Shown one piece after another: positions 9,826 through 19,835 of a DNA stretch of 64,000 nt. The notes under the pieces were generated by a model. That model was given only the letters and a program-made list of their open reading frames with translations. It was not told the origin of the DNA and made no database searches. How positions within the stretch are numbered: the stretch's first letter is position 1; each line of letters starts with the position of its first letter. Source of the stretch: an uncultured delta proteobacterium (lineage in GTDB: Bacteria > Desulfobacterota > Syntrophia > Syntrophales > UBA2192). The DNA lies in contig CAVPJD010000009.1 of the NCBI GenBank assembly GCA_963705165.1, positions 64,001-128,000 on the forward strand. Direction: 5' to 3'. A program made the position numbers and the translations under genes.

Positions 9826-10251
9826 ATGCAGGATGACAGGCTGATATACATGCTCGCCATGGCTCATCTGGCCGTGAGGGCTCACATCGGCAGCGAGTTC
9901 CTGAAAGAGGGGGTCAAGGTCACCTTGCCCCAGGCGACAGTTCTCTTTCTTCTGCAGGAAAAGGACGGGCGGATGCTGTCCGAAATCGGCCAGGTGATCG
10001 GTGTGGACAACTCTGCCGTCACGGGTCTTGCCGATCGGATGGAGAAGGCGGGTTACGTCACCCGGGAAACCAAACCAGGGGACCGCAGGGTCTGGCACCT
10101 CCACCTCACGCCGAAAGGCAGGGGCGAGGCTCAAAAGGCATCCGGTGTCGTCGGTCGGGTGAATGCGGAGGCCAGAGCAGGTTTCTCCGCGAAGGATATC
10201 GACGCATTCAAGCGTGTGCTGAAAGGTTTCTCCGAAAAATTCAGGAAATAA
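9826..10251 (+). CDS. MarR family regulator
   Basis: VDNSAVTGLADRMEKAGYV, DRRVWHLHLTPKG. Confidence 0.93.
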   Translation: MQDDRLIYMLAMAHLAVRAHIGSEFLKEGVKVTLPQATVLFLLQEKDGRMLSEIGQVIGVDNSAVTGLADRMEKAGYVTRETKPGDRRVWHLHLTPKGRGEAQKASGVVGRVNAEARAGFSAKDIDAFKRVLKGFSEKFRK

Positions 10252-10270
10252 CCCATGCCGGGAGGTGAAT

Positions 10271-11044
10271 ATGGAAAAGGAGCAGATCCGAAAATACGGC
10301 CAGGACCTCGGGGTGGATGCCGTCGGCTTTGTCGCCCTCGAGGACTACAAATCCCCCAAGTCGCCGGACCCGAAAAGCTATCTGCCGAAGGCACGAACCA
10401 TCATCGTGCTCGCCCACCGTATGATCGACGGGGCCCTCGACAGCAAGAATCCGCGGTTCAACATCGCGGGCCGCATGGCGGTGATGGACACCTCGAAGAG
10501 CCACCTCTACCTCATGGCCCGTCTCATCGAGGGGCGGACGGGAAAGAAGGCCTCGCCGATCCTCTCCTCGTACCCCCTCGACATGGAGGCCCCGACGCTG
10601 GGCCTTGTGGGCGACATCTCACTGAGGCACGCGGCTGTTGCATCGGGCCTCGGCGTCTTCGGCCGGCACAACCTCACGATCCACCCTCGCTTCGGGTCCC
10701 GGCTGAGCTTCACGGGGCTCCTCACGGAGCTTCCTCTCGCCTCGGATGAGCCCCTCAAGGAAGAGCTGTGCAACGACTGCGGCCTCTGCGTCGATGCCTG
10801 CCCGGGGAAGGCGCTCGAAACGGAGGGGCAGAACGGAAGACTGAAGTGCCTGAAGGCGTCCCAGCCCTTCGGGATCCCGGGCCTGTACGGCTATCTCCGG
10901 AAGTTCATCGGGAAAACGCCGGAGGAACAGCAGGCGCTCCTCAAGGACCCGATGCTCATGAGCCTCTATCAGGCATCCTTCATCGGCTTCCAGTACACCT
11001 GCTTCAACTGCATCGCCGTCTGCCCCATCGGCGAGATGTGCTGA
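10271..11044 (+). CDS. QueG-like (epoxyqueuosine reductase family) 2x[4Fe-4S] protein
   Basis: RHAAVASGLGVFGRHNL, CNDCGLCVDACP, CFNCIAVCP; ggaggtg RBS. Confidence 0.8.
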   Translation: MEKEQIRKYGQDLGVDAVGFVALEDYKSPKSPDPKSYLPKARTIIVLAHRMIDGALDSKNPRFNIAGRMAVMDTSKSHLYLMARLIEGRTGKKASPILSSYPLDMEAPTLGLVGDISLRHAAVASGLGVFGRHNLTIHPRFGSRLSFTGLLTELPLASDEPLKEELCNDCGLCVDACPGKALETEGQNGRLKCLKASQPFGIPGLYGYLRKFIGKTPEEQQALLKDPMLMSLYQASFIGFQYTCFNCIAVCPIGEMC

Positions 11045-11086
11045 AAATCTGAACGGTTTGCAGCGGGGCAAAATACGCCAAAAATG

Positions 11087-11114
11087 AAAGCCCCTCTCGC
11101 CGGAGGGGCTTTTT
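11087..11114. terminator. Intrinsic terminator
   Basis: aaagcccctc...gaggggcttttt. Confidence 0.85.
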
Positions 11115-11141
11115 GCGTTCAGATCGGTGGGGGCTTTGCGA

Positions 11142-11660
11142 TCAGTGAGCTCTCGTCTGCTTGCCTGCCTTTCGCCTGCGCATCCTTCTCAGCAATCGGA
11201 CCCAGGGGCTCCATCGGGACTGTTTCACACACCCGCCGTGGAGCGCCCGTTCGACCCGGTCAAAGGCATCCTCGATCAGGGCGTCATGCATAGGTCCGAT
11301 CAGGACGCGCCACTTCGCCCACATCCGGAGATCGCAGTCGGCATCGACGACATGTCTGATAACGGCACAGTCCCGCCGGGGAACCACTTCAAAAAAATGC
11401 CGGCCGTCGAGGCCGCCGGTGAGACCGTCGCCGTCAAACTGGAACACGACCCTGCGGCCCGGCATATACTCCGTCACGCGGTATCGCACGGGGCCGTGGC
11501 CGCCTCTGGCCCCTTCCCGGAGCGCGGTGTCGAACTGCATCGGGGGCCAGTTGTCCCCGGGCCACAGTTGATCGGCGGGTCCGGAAAGTGTGTCGAGGGT
11601 TGCCCCGACATCGGTAACGGATGCCTGAATTTTCCTTTCGTGCCTGTTGTATATCTTCAT
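11142..11660 (-). CDS. SRPBCC-superfamily protein
   Basis: LWPGDNWPPM, GGHGPVRY, PMHDALIEDAFD; overlaps the tetR stop codon. Confidence 0.75.
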   Translation of the reverse strand: MKIYNRHERKIQASVTDVGATLDTLSGPADQLWPGDNWPPMQFDTALREGARGGHGPVRYRVTEYMPGRRVVFQFDGDGLTGGLDGRHFFEVVPRRDCAVIRHVVDADCDLRMWAKWRVLIGPMHDALIEDAFDRVERALHGGCVKQSRWSPWVRLLRRMRRRKAGKQTRAH

Positions 11661-12247
11661 GTGTCTCCTCTTATGATGGCCAGATAGGTTTCACGAATGA
11701 GATCATCGACGATGCCGGGTGGCGGTTGCCCTTCCTGAAGGTGCTGCCTGACGGCCGCGAGCGGCACATCGACGAGGGCAAAGGTGGCTCGGCGCAGCGT
11801 TTCTTTCGTGAGGCTCCCGAAACGCTTTTCCACAAAGGACCGGATTCCTGAATCCAGCTCCCGGGACAGGTTTACAATTTGATCCCTCAGGTGCTCCGGC
11901 CAATCCCCGGAGAGCAGATCTTCACGCCGGTACAGGAGCAACAAGCGGCCCTCGTTCGGGTGCTCGCGAACCCAGTTCACGGTGTGAAGCGATGCAAGAA
12001 GCCCGTTGCACGCCAGGGCCGCGAGAAATCCCTGCTGAAAGGACTCCACAACCCTGATCCACATCTCCGCAAGAAGCACATCACGGGATGGAAAACGGTG
12101 ATAGACGGAGCCAATCGGGGCCTTCATGCCGCTTGCCAGTGCCGCAACCGTGAGGGCGCCAGGCCCTCTTTCGACGACCACCCTCAAGGCCGCATCCATG
12201 AATTCGTCGCGTTTGAAATGTGCTTTCCTTCCCATGATGAACATCAA
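11657..12247 (-). CDS. TetR/AcrR family regulator
   Basis: HTH LTVAALASGMKAPIGSVYHRFPSRDVLL. Confidence 0.92.
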   Translation of the reverse strand: MMFIMGRKAHFKRDEFMDAALRVVVERGPGALTVAALASGMKAPIGSVYHRFPSRDVLLAEMWIRVVESFQQGFLAALACNGLLASLHTVNWVREHPNEGRLLLLYRREDLLSGDWPEHLRDQIVNLSRELDSGIRSFVEKRFGSLTKETLRRATFALVDVPLAAVRQHLQEGQPPPGIVDDLIRETYLAIIRGDT

Positions 12248-12250
12248 TAC

Positions 12251-12266
12251 TAGAACATATATTCTA
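12251..12266. promoter_or_regulatory. Putative TetR operator
   Basis: TAGAA-N6-TTCTA inverted repeat immediately upstream of tetR. Confidence 0.6.
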
Positions 12267-12408
12267 ATTGCAAGAAAAATTTCATGTGAACTTTAACAGT
12301 TTAATTTAGATGGTTTACTGAGGTGGAAGCTCCATGATCGGCCCAGGCTATTGCAGATGAGCTCCGCGTCATGGAAAATGGAACGTGGACAGAGGGGGCA
12401 AGGAAAAA

Positions 12409-13335
12409 CTAAGTCGTGGCTTTCTTGGCCTGCCAGCGGGATTTGAAGAAGAAGTAGCCTACGATGACAAACGTAGCCAGGGGCGTGAGCCACTCGGGCA
12501 CGTGGTACCGGAAGCCGTGGGCGAGCATCACGCAGCCCAGGACGAAGACGGAGTACATGGCGCCGTTTTTGAGGTAGACGTATTTCTTGATCCTGTCCAC
12601 GCCGTAGACCGTGAGCTGCCGGACTACGATGGCGCCGATCCCGTTTCCCAGCAGGATCAGGGGCACCGACAGGGTGAAGGCGAAAGCCCCCACGACGCCG
12701 TCGATGGAAAAGGTCAGGTCGATCACCTCCAGGTAGAGGATCTTGCCGATGTCGGACATGTGCGCTTCGCCGGAAAGCATGCGCGCCTCCTGCTCCTCGG
12801 CGTAGCGCTTGAAGCCGTGGGTGATGAAGAAGGCCGACGAGCCCACGACGGCCCCGAAGGCCAGCATCGGGCTGTCGTCCAGGGCATGCCAGACGATGAC
12901 AGCAAGCGCAATCGAGACGACGGCGTAGAACCAGGCCCCCTGGCGGGCGATGAAGCGCTCGCCGGGGAGCCCGTATTTTTTCGGCTCGAGAAAAATCCAG
13001 TGAAAGAAAAGAAAAACGAAAAAGACCCCGCCCCCCATGAGCAGGACGGGAGAGCTGTCCTGGATGGCCTTGAGGGCTGCCGGGTCGCCGGTGAGACTCG
13101 CCGTAAAGGCATCCCAGGGCCCCAGACCCGGAGTCATGACCCAGACGATGAGCCAGGGCAGAACCCCGCGGACGAGGAAGACGGCAATAAAAATCCCCCA
13201 GGTGAGAAACCACCTTCTCGCACGGGCCTGCATGGTCTGCAGGACCTCGGCGTTGATGATTGCGTTATCGATGCTGGTGATCGACTCGAAGAGGGCCAAG
13301 CCAAGAACGATGAAGACGGCGGAGGTGATATCCAT
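12409..13335 (-). CDS. DUF475/TerC-related membrane protein
   Basis: FESITSIDNAIINA, LEVIDLTFSIDGVVGAFA, YLKNGAMYS. Confidence 0.88.
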   Translation of the reverse strand: MDITSAVFIVLGLALFESITSIDNAIINAEVLQTMQARARRWFLTWGIFIAVFLVRGVLPWLIVWVMTPGLGPWDAFTASLTGDPAALKAIQDSSPVLLMGGGVFFVFLFFHWIFLEPKKYGLPGERFIARQGAWFYAVVSIALAVIVWHALDDSPMLAFGAVVGSSAFFITHGFKRYAEEQEARMLSGEAHMSDIGKILYLEVIDLTFSIDGVVGAFAFTLSVPLILLGNGIGAIVVRQLTVYGVDRIKKYVYLKNGAMYSVFVLGCVMLAHGFRYHVPEWLTPLATFVIVGYFFFKSRWQAKKATT

Positions 13336-13404
13336 TTTTGTTTTCCAGGTGTTGTTCAGAACAGTAACGGCACATGGAAAGGATAAGGGGCAACGCGTCG
13401 ATCG

Positions 13405-13728
13405 TCAAGCCAAAAGACCTTTTCTCGCCGCCTTGAACCGGCTCACCATCCGCCGGAGAGCCGGCAAGAAGGACCATTCAGAGCCGAGGAGATCGCCCTT
13501 TCCCCCCGATATTGCACAAGAGGATTCCTCGAGGGCGCTGATCAGGACCATGCCGGGCTGGTCGATAGAAAAGTCCTCGCCCGCCTGGATCAGATGATCC
13601 CCCGGAGTGCCCGTCTGGGTCAGCCACAAAACCCCTTTCCTGCACGAGACGACCCTGCCCGCAACATCCCTGTCCAGCCGGATCATCTCCTCGCGGCACA
13701 GCCTGTGTGTTTCCTCTGATTTCAGCAT
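13405..13728 (-). CDS. DUF2917 family small protein
   Basis: VSCRKGVLWLTQTGTPGDHLIQAGE; gagggt RBS. Confidence 0.8.
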   Translation of the reverse strand: MLKSEETHRLCREEMIRLDRDVAGRVVSCRKGVLWLTQTGTPGDHLIQAGEDFSIDQPGMVLISALEESSCAISGGKGDLLGSEWSFLPALRRMVSRFKAARKGLLA

Positions 13729-13824
13729 TGACCCCTCTACGTTTTGAGATGTGGTTGGACCGGCGGGCTTCTCTGCAAGTTCCACCGTTGACGGAATCGA
13801 GTATAGGCCCAACGAGGAAAGGAC

Positions 13825-13904
13825 AACAGATTCAGCAATTGAATTTGTTTGGCAAACAGATGTGGATTTTTACAACTGTTATGGTAATAAAACATTTCAA
13901 CTGT
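13825..13904. promoter_or_regulatory. Putative MocR-type operator repeats in divergent promoter
   Basis: AACAGAT at 13825 and 13855; CAACTGT at 13873 and 13898. Confidence 0.5.
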
Positions 13905-13960
13905 GTCTTCCCGGTTTCTGCGGGGAACCCTATGATTCATTGCAAGAAAGGGATTTGGGC

Positions 13961-15388
13961 ATGAAAATAAAAGCGAATGCTCTCTACGAGGAAGTGGCCG
14001 GAAAGTTGGATCATCTCATCCGGCACGGCACTTACCGGACGGGCGACAGGATCCCGTCGATCCGGGACATCAGCCGCTCCATGAAGGTGAGCATCTCGAC
14101 GGCGCTCGAGGCCTATCGCCTCCTGGAGGTGAGGGGGCTCATCGAGGCTCGCCCCCAGTCGGGCTATTACGTCTCGCCGCCGCTGCTGAAACCGGTCTCG
14201 GAGCCGCAGCTCTCCAGGGCGGAGATGAAGCCCGCCGAAGCGAGCATAGGCGAGATCGCACGAGTCATCGTGAAGGACGCCGCCAACCCGGCTTATTTCA
14301 ACCTCGGCATGGCGACACCCAACGTGGCTCTGCTGCCCGCGAAAAAGCTCAACCGGATCCTTGCCTCCGTCGTGCGGATGAAGGACGCAACGAGCGTCTC
14401 CTACATCTTCTCGAACGGCTACGAGCCACTGCGCATACAGATCGCCCAGCGGGCGATCCAGGCCGGCTGCCCGCTGACCCCCGACGAGGTCATCGTCACC
14501 ACGGGCTGCCACGAGGCGATCGCCATAACGCTTCGGGCCCTGTGCCGGCCCGGGGACGCCGTGGCCATCGAGTCGCCCTTCTTCTTCAACCACCTGCAGG
14601 CCATGGCTGCCATGGGGTTGAAAATCGTGGAGATTCCCTCGAGCCCGAAAGAGGGGATCAGCCTGGAGGCCCTGGGCTACGCCCTTGAGCAGACGCCCGT
14701 GAAGGCCTGCCTGGTGAGCGCAAACTACAGCAACCCGACGGGAAGCTGCATGCCCGATCACCGCAAGAAGGCCCTGGTGAAGATGCTTGCCGAAAAGCAG
14801 ATCCCTCTTATCGAGGACGATATCTACGGCGATCTGTCCTTTTCCGATACGCGCCCCCGGGCGGCGAAATCTTTCGATCAAGAGGGGCTCGTCGTCCTCT
14901 GCTCGTCCTTCTCGAAGACTCTTGCACCGGGGTACCGGGTTGGCTGGGTCGCCCCCGGCCGCTATCAAAGGGAGATCGAGCACCAGCGAATGATCAACAC
15001 GCTTGCCCCAGCCTCGCCCACACAGATGGCCGTTGCCGAATTCCTGGCCAGCGGGGGCTACGAGCGCCACCTGCGCAAGGTGAGGCGGATCTACGAAAAG
15101 CAGCTGGGGCGGATGCTCGAGGCCGTCCGCCGGCTCTTCCCCGAGGGGACGAAAACGACCCGTCCCGACGGCAGCTTCATCTTCTGGGTGGAGCTTCCCG
15201 CGAGCGTGAATTCTCTGGAGATGTTCCAAAAGGCGAGAGAAAAAGGGATTTCGATTGCGCCCGGCCCGATCTTCTCGAATTCGGGCAAGTACCTGAATTT
15301 CCTGAGGCTTAACGCCGCCCACTTCTCGCCGAAAGTCGAGGGGGCCCTCGAGACGGTGGGCAGCCTGGCACTGGAACAGGTACCCTGA
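13961..15388 (+). CDS. MocR/GabR family regulator (GntR HTH + PLP aminotransferase domain)
   Basis: GDRIPSIR...YRLLEVRGLIEARPQSGYYV; SNPTG, IEDDIYGDL, SFSKTLAPGYRVGW. Confidence 0.95.
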   Translation: MKIKANALYEEVAGKLDHLIRHGTYRTGDRIPSIRDISRSMKVSISTALEAYRLLEVRGLIEARPQSGYYVSPPLLKPVSEPQLSRAEMKPAEASIGEIARVIVKDAANPAYFNLGMATPNVALLPAKKLNRILASVVRMKDATSVSYIFSNGYEPLRIQIAQRAIQAGCPLTPDEVIVTTGCHEAIAITLRALCRPGDAVAIESPFFFNHLQAMAAMGLKIVEIPSSPKEGISLEALGYALEQTPVKACLVSANYSNPTGSCMPDHRKKALVKMLAEKQIPLIEDDIYGDLSFSDTRPRAAKSFDQEGLVVLCSSFSKTLAPGYRVGWVAPGRYQREIEHQRMINTLAPASPTQMAVAEFLASGGYERHLRKVRRIYEKQLGRMLEAVRRLFPEGTKTTRPDGSFIFWVELPASVNSLEMFQKAREKGISIAPGPIFSNSGKYLNFLRLNAAHFSPKVEGALETVGSLALEQVP

Positions 15389-15399
15389 ACGGAAAAAAG

Positions 15400-15423
15400 G
15401 AAAAGGGGACTGTCCCCTTTTCC
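15400..15423. repeat. GGGGAC-GTCCCC short palindrome (REP-like or terminator)
   Basis: gaaaaggggactgtccccttttcc. Confidence 0.55.
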
Positions 15424-15473
15424 TGGGCCGGACGGTTTCGGATTTCCGGGGTTTTGTGTTATAAAAACGAGAA

Positions 15474-15502
15474 TTGACAGGACGTGATCTTCCCCATATG
15501 CT
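15474..15502 (+). promoter_or_regulatory. Sigma70-like promoter of larA
   Basis: ttgaca-17 bp-tatgct. Confidence 0.6.
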
Positions 15503-15553
15503 CACAACCCTGGCGTGAGCCTCATCAAACGATTTAGTGAACGGGGGGCATCG

Positions 15554-16802
15554 ATGAAAATAGAGATTCCTTATGGTGACGGGATCGACACGGTGGAGCT
15601 GGCTGACGGCAACGTCGAGCAGGTCATTATTCCCAATACGGTCAAGACCGCCGATGAGATGGAAACGCTCCGGGGCGCCATATTCCACCCGCTCAAGTCG
15701 CCGGGCATCGAAGCCTTCCTGAAGGACAGCGCAAACATTCTCCTCGTCGTCAACGACGCAACCCGCCCGACGCCGACAGGAAGGGTCCTCGAGATCATCT
15801 ACCCGTTGCTGAAAGGCAAAAATTTCAAGGTGATCATCGCGACGGGAAGCCACCGGGCGCCGACGGAGGAGGAGTACGATTTTATCTTCGGGAAGCTCTA
15901 CGGGAAACTGAAGGACCGCATCCATGTCCACGATGCCAAAAAGAGCGAGTGCTTCTCCCTCGGGAAAACGAGACACGGCAACGAGATGATGCTGAACACG
16001 CTCGTCAGGGAGGCCGATGCCATCATCCCGATCGGGAGCATCGAGCCGCACTACTTTGCCGGATACACCGGAGGCCGCAAGTGCTTCATGCCCGGGGTAG
16101 CCAGCTACGACTTCATCACGGCCAATCACAGGCTGGCCATTTCCCAGGCCGCCCAGGCCATGGTCCTGAAGGGCAACCCCGTTGCGGAGGAGTTCGACGA
16201 CGCCGAAAAACTCCTTGAAAAACTCAAGATCTTCGCGATCATGACCGTCCTGGACGGCGAGCACCGGGTTTACGCCGCGGCAGCCGGGGACCTGAAGGAA
16301 TCCTTCTACTCGCTTGCTTGCGAAGGCCGATGAGGTCTTCGTCGTCCCGATCACGCGGCTGGCCGAGATCGTCGTGACCGTTGCCCAGGAGCCCAACGAC
16401 ATCGACCTCTACCAGTCGCAGAAGGCCCTGGACAACGGGAAGACCGCTTTGAAGGACGGCGGGATCATCATCCTGGTTTCCGCGTGCCGCAGCGGGATCG
16501 GGTCGCAGGCGTTCATGGACTTGCTCAGCTCCGAGACGAGCTGCAAGGCCGTCATCGACAAGCTGGACCGGGAATACAAGCTGGGCTACCACAAGGCAGG
16601 CAAGATGGCCGAGATCGGCGTGAAGGCCCAGATGTGGGCCGTCACCCCCCTGGACAAAAACCTGATCAGCAAGGCCCACATGCGACCCTTTGAAAGCGTC
16701 TCCGAGGCCCTGAAAGAGGCCCTCAAGGAAAAAGGCCCCGGCGCGAAGGTCACCTTCATCATGGACGGGGGGATGACGATCCCGAGACTGACCGCGCCGT
16801 AG
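15554..16802 (+). CDS. larA: Nickel-pincer-dependent lactate racemase LarA (one frameshift at ~16315)
   Basis: VNDATRPTPT, ATGSHRA, VHDA, EPHYFAGYTGGRK, DLYQSQKALDN, YKLGYHKA; two ORFs (ending 16333, starting 16314) join by a 1-nt shift. Confidence 0.88.
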
Positions 16803-16818
16803 GGGCGGACAAGTTCCG

Positions 16819-16847
16819 TTGACAGAAAAGTCCGGTTCCCTTACAAT
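16819..16847 (+). promoter_or_regulatory. Sigma70-like promoter of glcD-glcF
   Basis: ttgaca-17 bp-tacaat. Confidence 0.7.
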
Positions 16848-16932
16848 GCACAGTCTCAAAAAGGCAATCCTGTCGAATGCGCTGCTATCAGGATAAGACC
16901 GTCAGATAAGATCCTCACGGGAGGCAAGCAGT

Positions 16933-18321
16933 ATGATCACAGAAGACATCAAGAAAAAAATCCGCGAAATCGTGGGGGCCGAAAACGCCCTGGATTCCGA
17001 CCTGGACCGTTTCGGATATTCCTACGACGCATCCTTTGTGCCGCTGCTGCCGGCAAAAAAGCCGGAGCTCGTCGTGCGGCCCGCAACCACGGAGGAAGTG
17101 TCGAAGATCATGGCCGTCGCATACGAGCACGCAATTCCTGTTACGGCACGAGGTGCCGCAACAGGCCGCACCGGCGGAAGCATCCCCGTGCAGGGAGGCA
17201 TTTCCATGTCCCTCGAACGCATGATGAAGATCATCGAACTGGACGTGAACAACATGATGGTCTGGGCCGAGGCGGGGGTCCGCACGATCGATCTGTACAA
17301 CCACTGTGCCGCCAAGGGCCTCTTTTACCCGCCCGACCCGGCAAGCTGGAAATTCTCCACGATCGGCGGCAACGTGGCCGAAAATGCCGGCGGCATGCGG
17401 GCCGTCAAGTACGGGGTCACGTCCAACTACGTCATGGGCCTCGAGGTAGTGCTCTCCGACGGCACGGTGCTGCAGACGGGCGGCAAGGCCATCAAGAACG
17501 TCACGGGCTACAACCTGACGAGTCTCTTCACGGGATCCGAGGGGACGCTGGGCATCATCACCAAGGTGCTTTTCCGGGTCATTCCCATGCCGAAGAAGCG
17601 CGGCACGCTGCAGCTCATGTTCCGCACCCTCGACGACGGCTGCACGACAATTCACCAGATGCTGCAGTCGGGCCTTGTGCCGGCGGCCGCCGAGATCATG
17701 GACCGGTTCTGCCTCGAGGCCGTGGCGAAGCACCGCAAGACGGAGCTCGACCCGGCCATCGGCGCCTGCATCATCATCGAAATCGACGGCGACGACGACG
17801 AGGCCCTCGAAACTCAGACCAAGCGGATGGAAGCCGTGGCCCAGAAGTGCGGTGTCTACCAGTTCCGCGTTGCCCAGTCTCAGCAGGAGTCCGACGATCT
17901 GTGGGCCATCCGGCGGGGTCTCAGTTCCGCCATCGCCAGCCTCGTGCCGAACCGGCTAGGTGAGGACATCTCGGTCCCGCGTGATGCTTTCCCCGAGGTG
18001 GTGCGCCGCATCGCGGACATCGCCGAGAAACACAACATCACCATCGCCGTCTACGGCCACGCCGGCGACGGCAACATCCACCCCTCCGTCCTCTGCGATT
18101 TGAGCAAGCCCGGAGAGGAGGAGCGGGTTCATCGGGCCGTCAACGAGATATTCGATGCGACCCTGGCTGTCGGGGGAACCTTGTCCGGGGAGCATGGCAT
18201 CGGGATCACCAAGAAGCCTTACATCACCAAGGCCCTCGGCGAGGCAGGCGTGAAGGCCATGAAGGCCGTCAAGCTGGCCCTCGACCCGAAAGGCATCCTG
18301 AACCCCGGCAAGATCTGGTGA
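16933..18321 (+). CDS. glcD: FAD-linked D-lactate/glycolate dehydrogenase, GlcD-like
   Basis: YPPDPAS, STIGGNVAENAGG, GSEGTLG, GHAGDGNIH, SGEHGIG, DPKGILNPGK. Confidence 0.9.
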   Translation: MITEDIKKKIREIVGAENALDSDLDRFGYSYDASFVPLLPAKKPELVVRPATTEEVSKIMAVAYEHAIPVTARGAATGRTGGSIPVQGGISMSLERMMKIIELDVNNMMVWAEAGVRTIDLYNHCAAKGLFYPPDPASWKFSTIGGNVAENAGGMRAVKYGVTSNYVMGLEVVLSDGTVLQTGGKAIKNVTGYNLTSLFTGSEGTLGIITKVLFRVIPMPKKRGTLQLMFRTLDDGCTTIHQMLQSGLVPAAAEIMDRFCLEAVAKHRKTELDPAIGACIIIEIDGDDDEALETQTKRMEAVAQKCGVYQFRVAQSQQESDDLWAIRRGLSSAIASLVPNRLGEDISVPRDAFPEVVRRIADIAEKHNITIAVYGHAGDGNIHPSVLCDLSKPGEEERVHRAVNEIFDATLAVGGTLSGEHGIGITKKPYITKALGEAGVKAMKAVKLALDPKGILNPGKIW

Positions 18322-18346
18322 GCATTGAAGAGGAAACGAGAACGAA

Positions 18347-19573
18347 ATGCCTAAAAATACAAACGAATCATTGCTTCAGGAAGCCAAAAAGATCGTCAGC
18401 CAGTGTGACCGCTGCGGCACCTGCCTTCCGGCCTGCCCCCTTTTCGAGGCGAAAAATGTTGAAGCCTCCAGCGCGCGGGGCAAGAACGTCCTCGCACGGG
18501 CCCTGACCGAGGGGGGTCTCGAGCCCACACCGGAGATGCTGGCCAAGGTCAACTTCTGCCTGCTTTGCCGGGCCTGCGTCGATATCTGCCCGAGCAAGAT
18601 CGCAACCGACGAGGCGATGATCAACATCCGCCAGTACCTCGTGAACGAGACGGGGGCTGCGAATACCCAGTACAAGGCCATGGGCGGCATCCTGAAGAGC
18701 CGCGCCATGGTGAAGCTCACGGCGAAAAGCCTGGCGCTTCTTCGCAAACTCGGCCTCAACAGCGTCTTCCCTCACGGAATGGTGCCGGAAGAGTATACGC
18801 GGGCACATTTCCTCGCTGCCTTTTCGGGGCCGGCCGCCCTGGGGCAAAAGGCGGCCCCTTCGGATGTGGCCGTCACGTCGGCAACGAAAGTGGCTTATTT
18901 CGAAGGATGCGGCATGAGGATGATGTTTCCCGAGGCCGCGGCGGAGACGCTCGAGATCTTGAAGACCTCCACGAAACCCCTGGTGAAGGACAACGTCTGC
19001 TGCGGACTGCCGCACCTGGCCCATGGGCTTCGCGACGAGTTTCTGGAACTCGCCAAAAAGAATATCCGGATCTACGAGGACGCCGATGCCGTCGTGTGCG
19101 ACTGTGCAAGCTGCGGCGGCACCCTCAAGCACCTCGCATCCTACTTCGCCGACGATCCGCAGTGGAAGGACCGGGCGGCCGCCTTCAGCCGCAAGGTGAT
19201 GGACCTGACGGAATACCTGGCCAAGGTCGGCTACACACCGCGGCAGAAGGTAGAGACGACCTTCACCTATCACGACCCCTGCCATCTCGGTCGAGGCCAG
19301 GGAATCAAGAAACAGCCTCGCGATCTTCTCCGGGCGGCAGGCAAGTTCGTCGAGATGAAAGAAGCCGACGTGTGCTGCGGCGGGGCAGGTTCCTTTCACA
19401 TGGACTTCCCCGACATCGCATCGACGATCCTCGACAAGAAGCGGGCAAACATCGAGAAGACCGGCGCGGCCATCGTGGTGACGGGCTGCCCCGGGTGCCT
19501 GATCCAGCTCGCCAAGGCGGCGAAGGCCAGCGGCGGCAAGTTCAAGGCCATGCACATCAGCCAGGTAATCTGA
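18347..19573 (+). CDS. glcF: Fe-S subunit, GlcF-like (2x[4Fe-4S] + two CCG domains)
   Basis: CDRCGTCLPACP, CLLCRACVDICP, CCGLP, YHDPCHL, CCGGAG, GCPGC. Confidence 0.9.
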   Translation: MPKNTNESLLQEAKKIVSQCDRCGTCLPACPLFEAKNVEASSARGKNVLARALTEGGLEPTPEMLAKVNFCLLCRACVDICPSKIATDEAMINIRQYLVNETGAANTQYKAMGGILKSRAMVKLTAKSLALLRKLGLNSVFPHGMVPEEYTRAHFLAAFSGPAALGQKAAPSDVAVTSATKVAYFEGCGMRMMFPEAAAETLEILKTSTKPLVKDNVCCGLPHLAHGLRDEFLELAKKNIRIYEDADAVVCDCASCGGTLKHLASYFADDPQWKDRAAAFSRKVMDLTEYLAKVGYTPRQKVETTFTYHDPCHLGRGQGIKKQPRDLLRAAGKFVEMKEADVCCGGAGSFHMDFPDIASTILDKKRANIEKTGAAIVVTGCPGCLIQLAKAAKASGGKFKAMHISQVI

Positions 19574-19835
19574 GGCCGGGAGCCGGGACCAGTCCCGTTT
19601 CCGCATCTCCTGCGCGATTGCCTGTGAATCCTTAAAAAGGGGTGCGAGTCTTTTCGCAGCCCCTTTCTTTTTTCCGTATTCACGGGGCAGATTCCCGGCA
19701 GAACTTATTCGTCACACCTTTTCTTCTGCGCCCAGTCCACGCCATAAAAAGATTTCAGCACCATTTACCGATCAATATTGATATACTGAAGGGAGGAAGA
19801 GGTAGCATCATCGGACGAATGCAGGACAAGCACCC

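Noticed and set aside
10271..11044. Respiratory reductive dehalogenase
   Set aside because: Too short, with no Tat signal and no rdhB anchor gene.
16305..16335. Programmed frameshift in larA
   Set aside because: No slippery heptamer or stimulatory structure; a single-base indel in cttgcttg is simpler.
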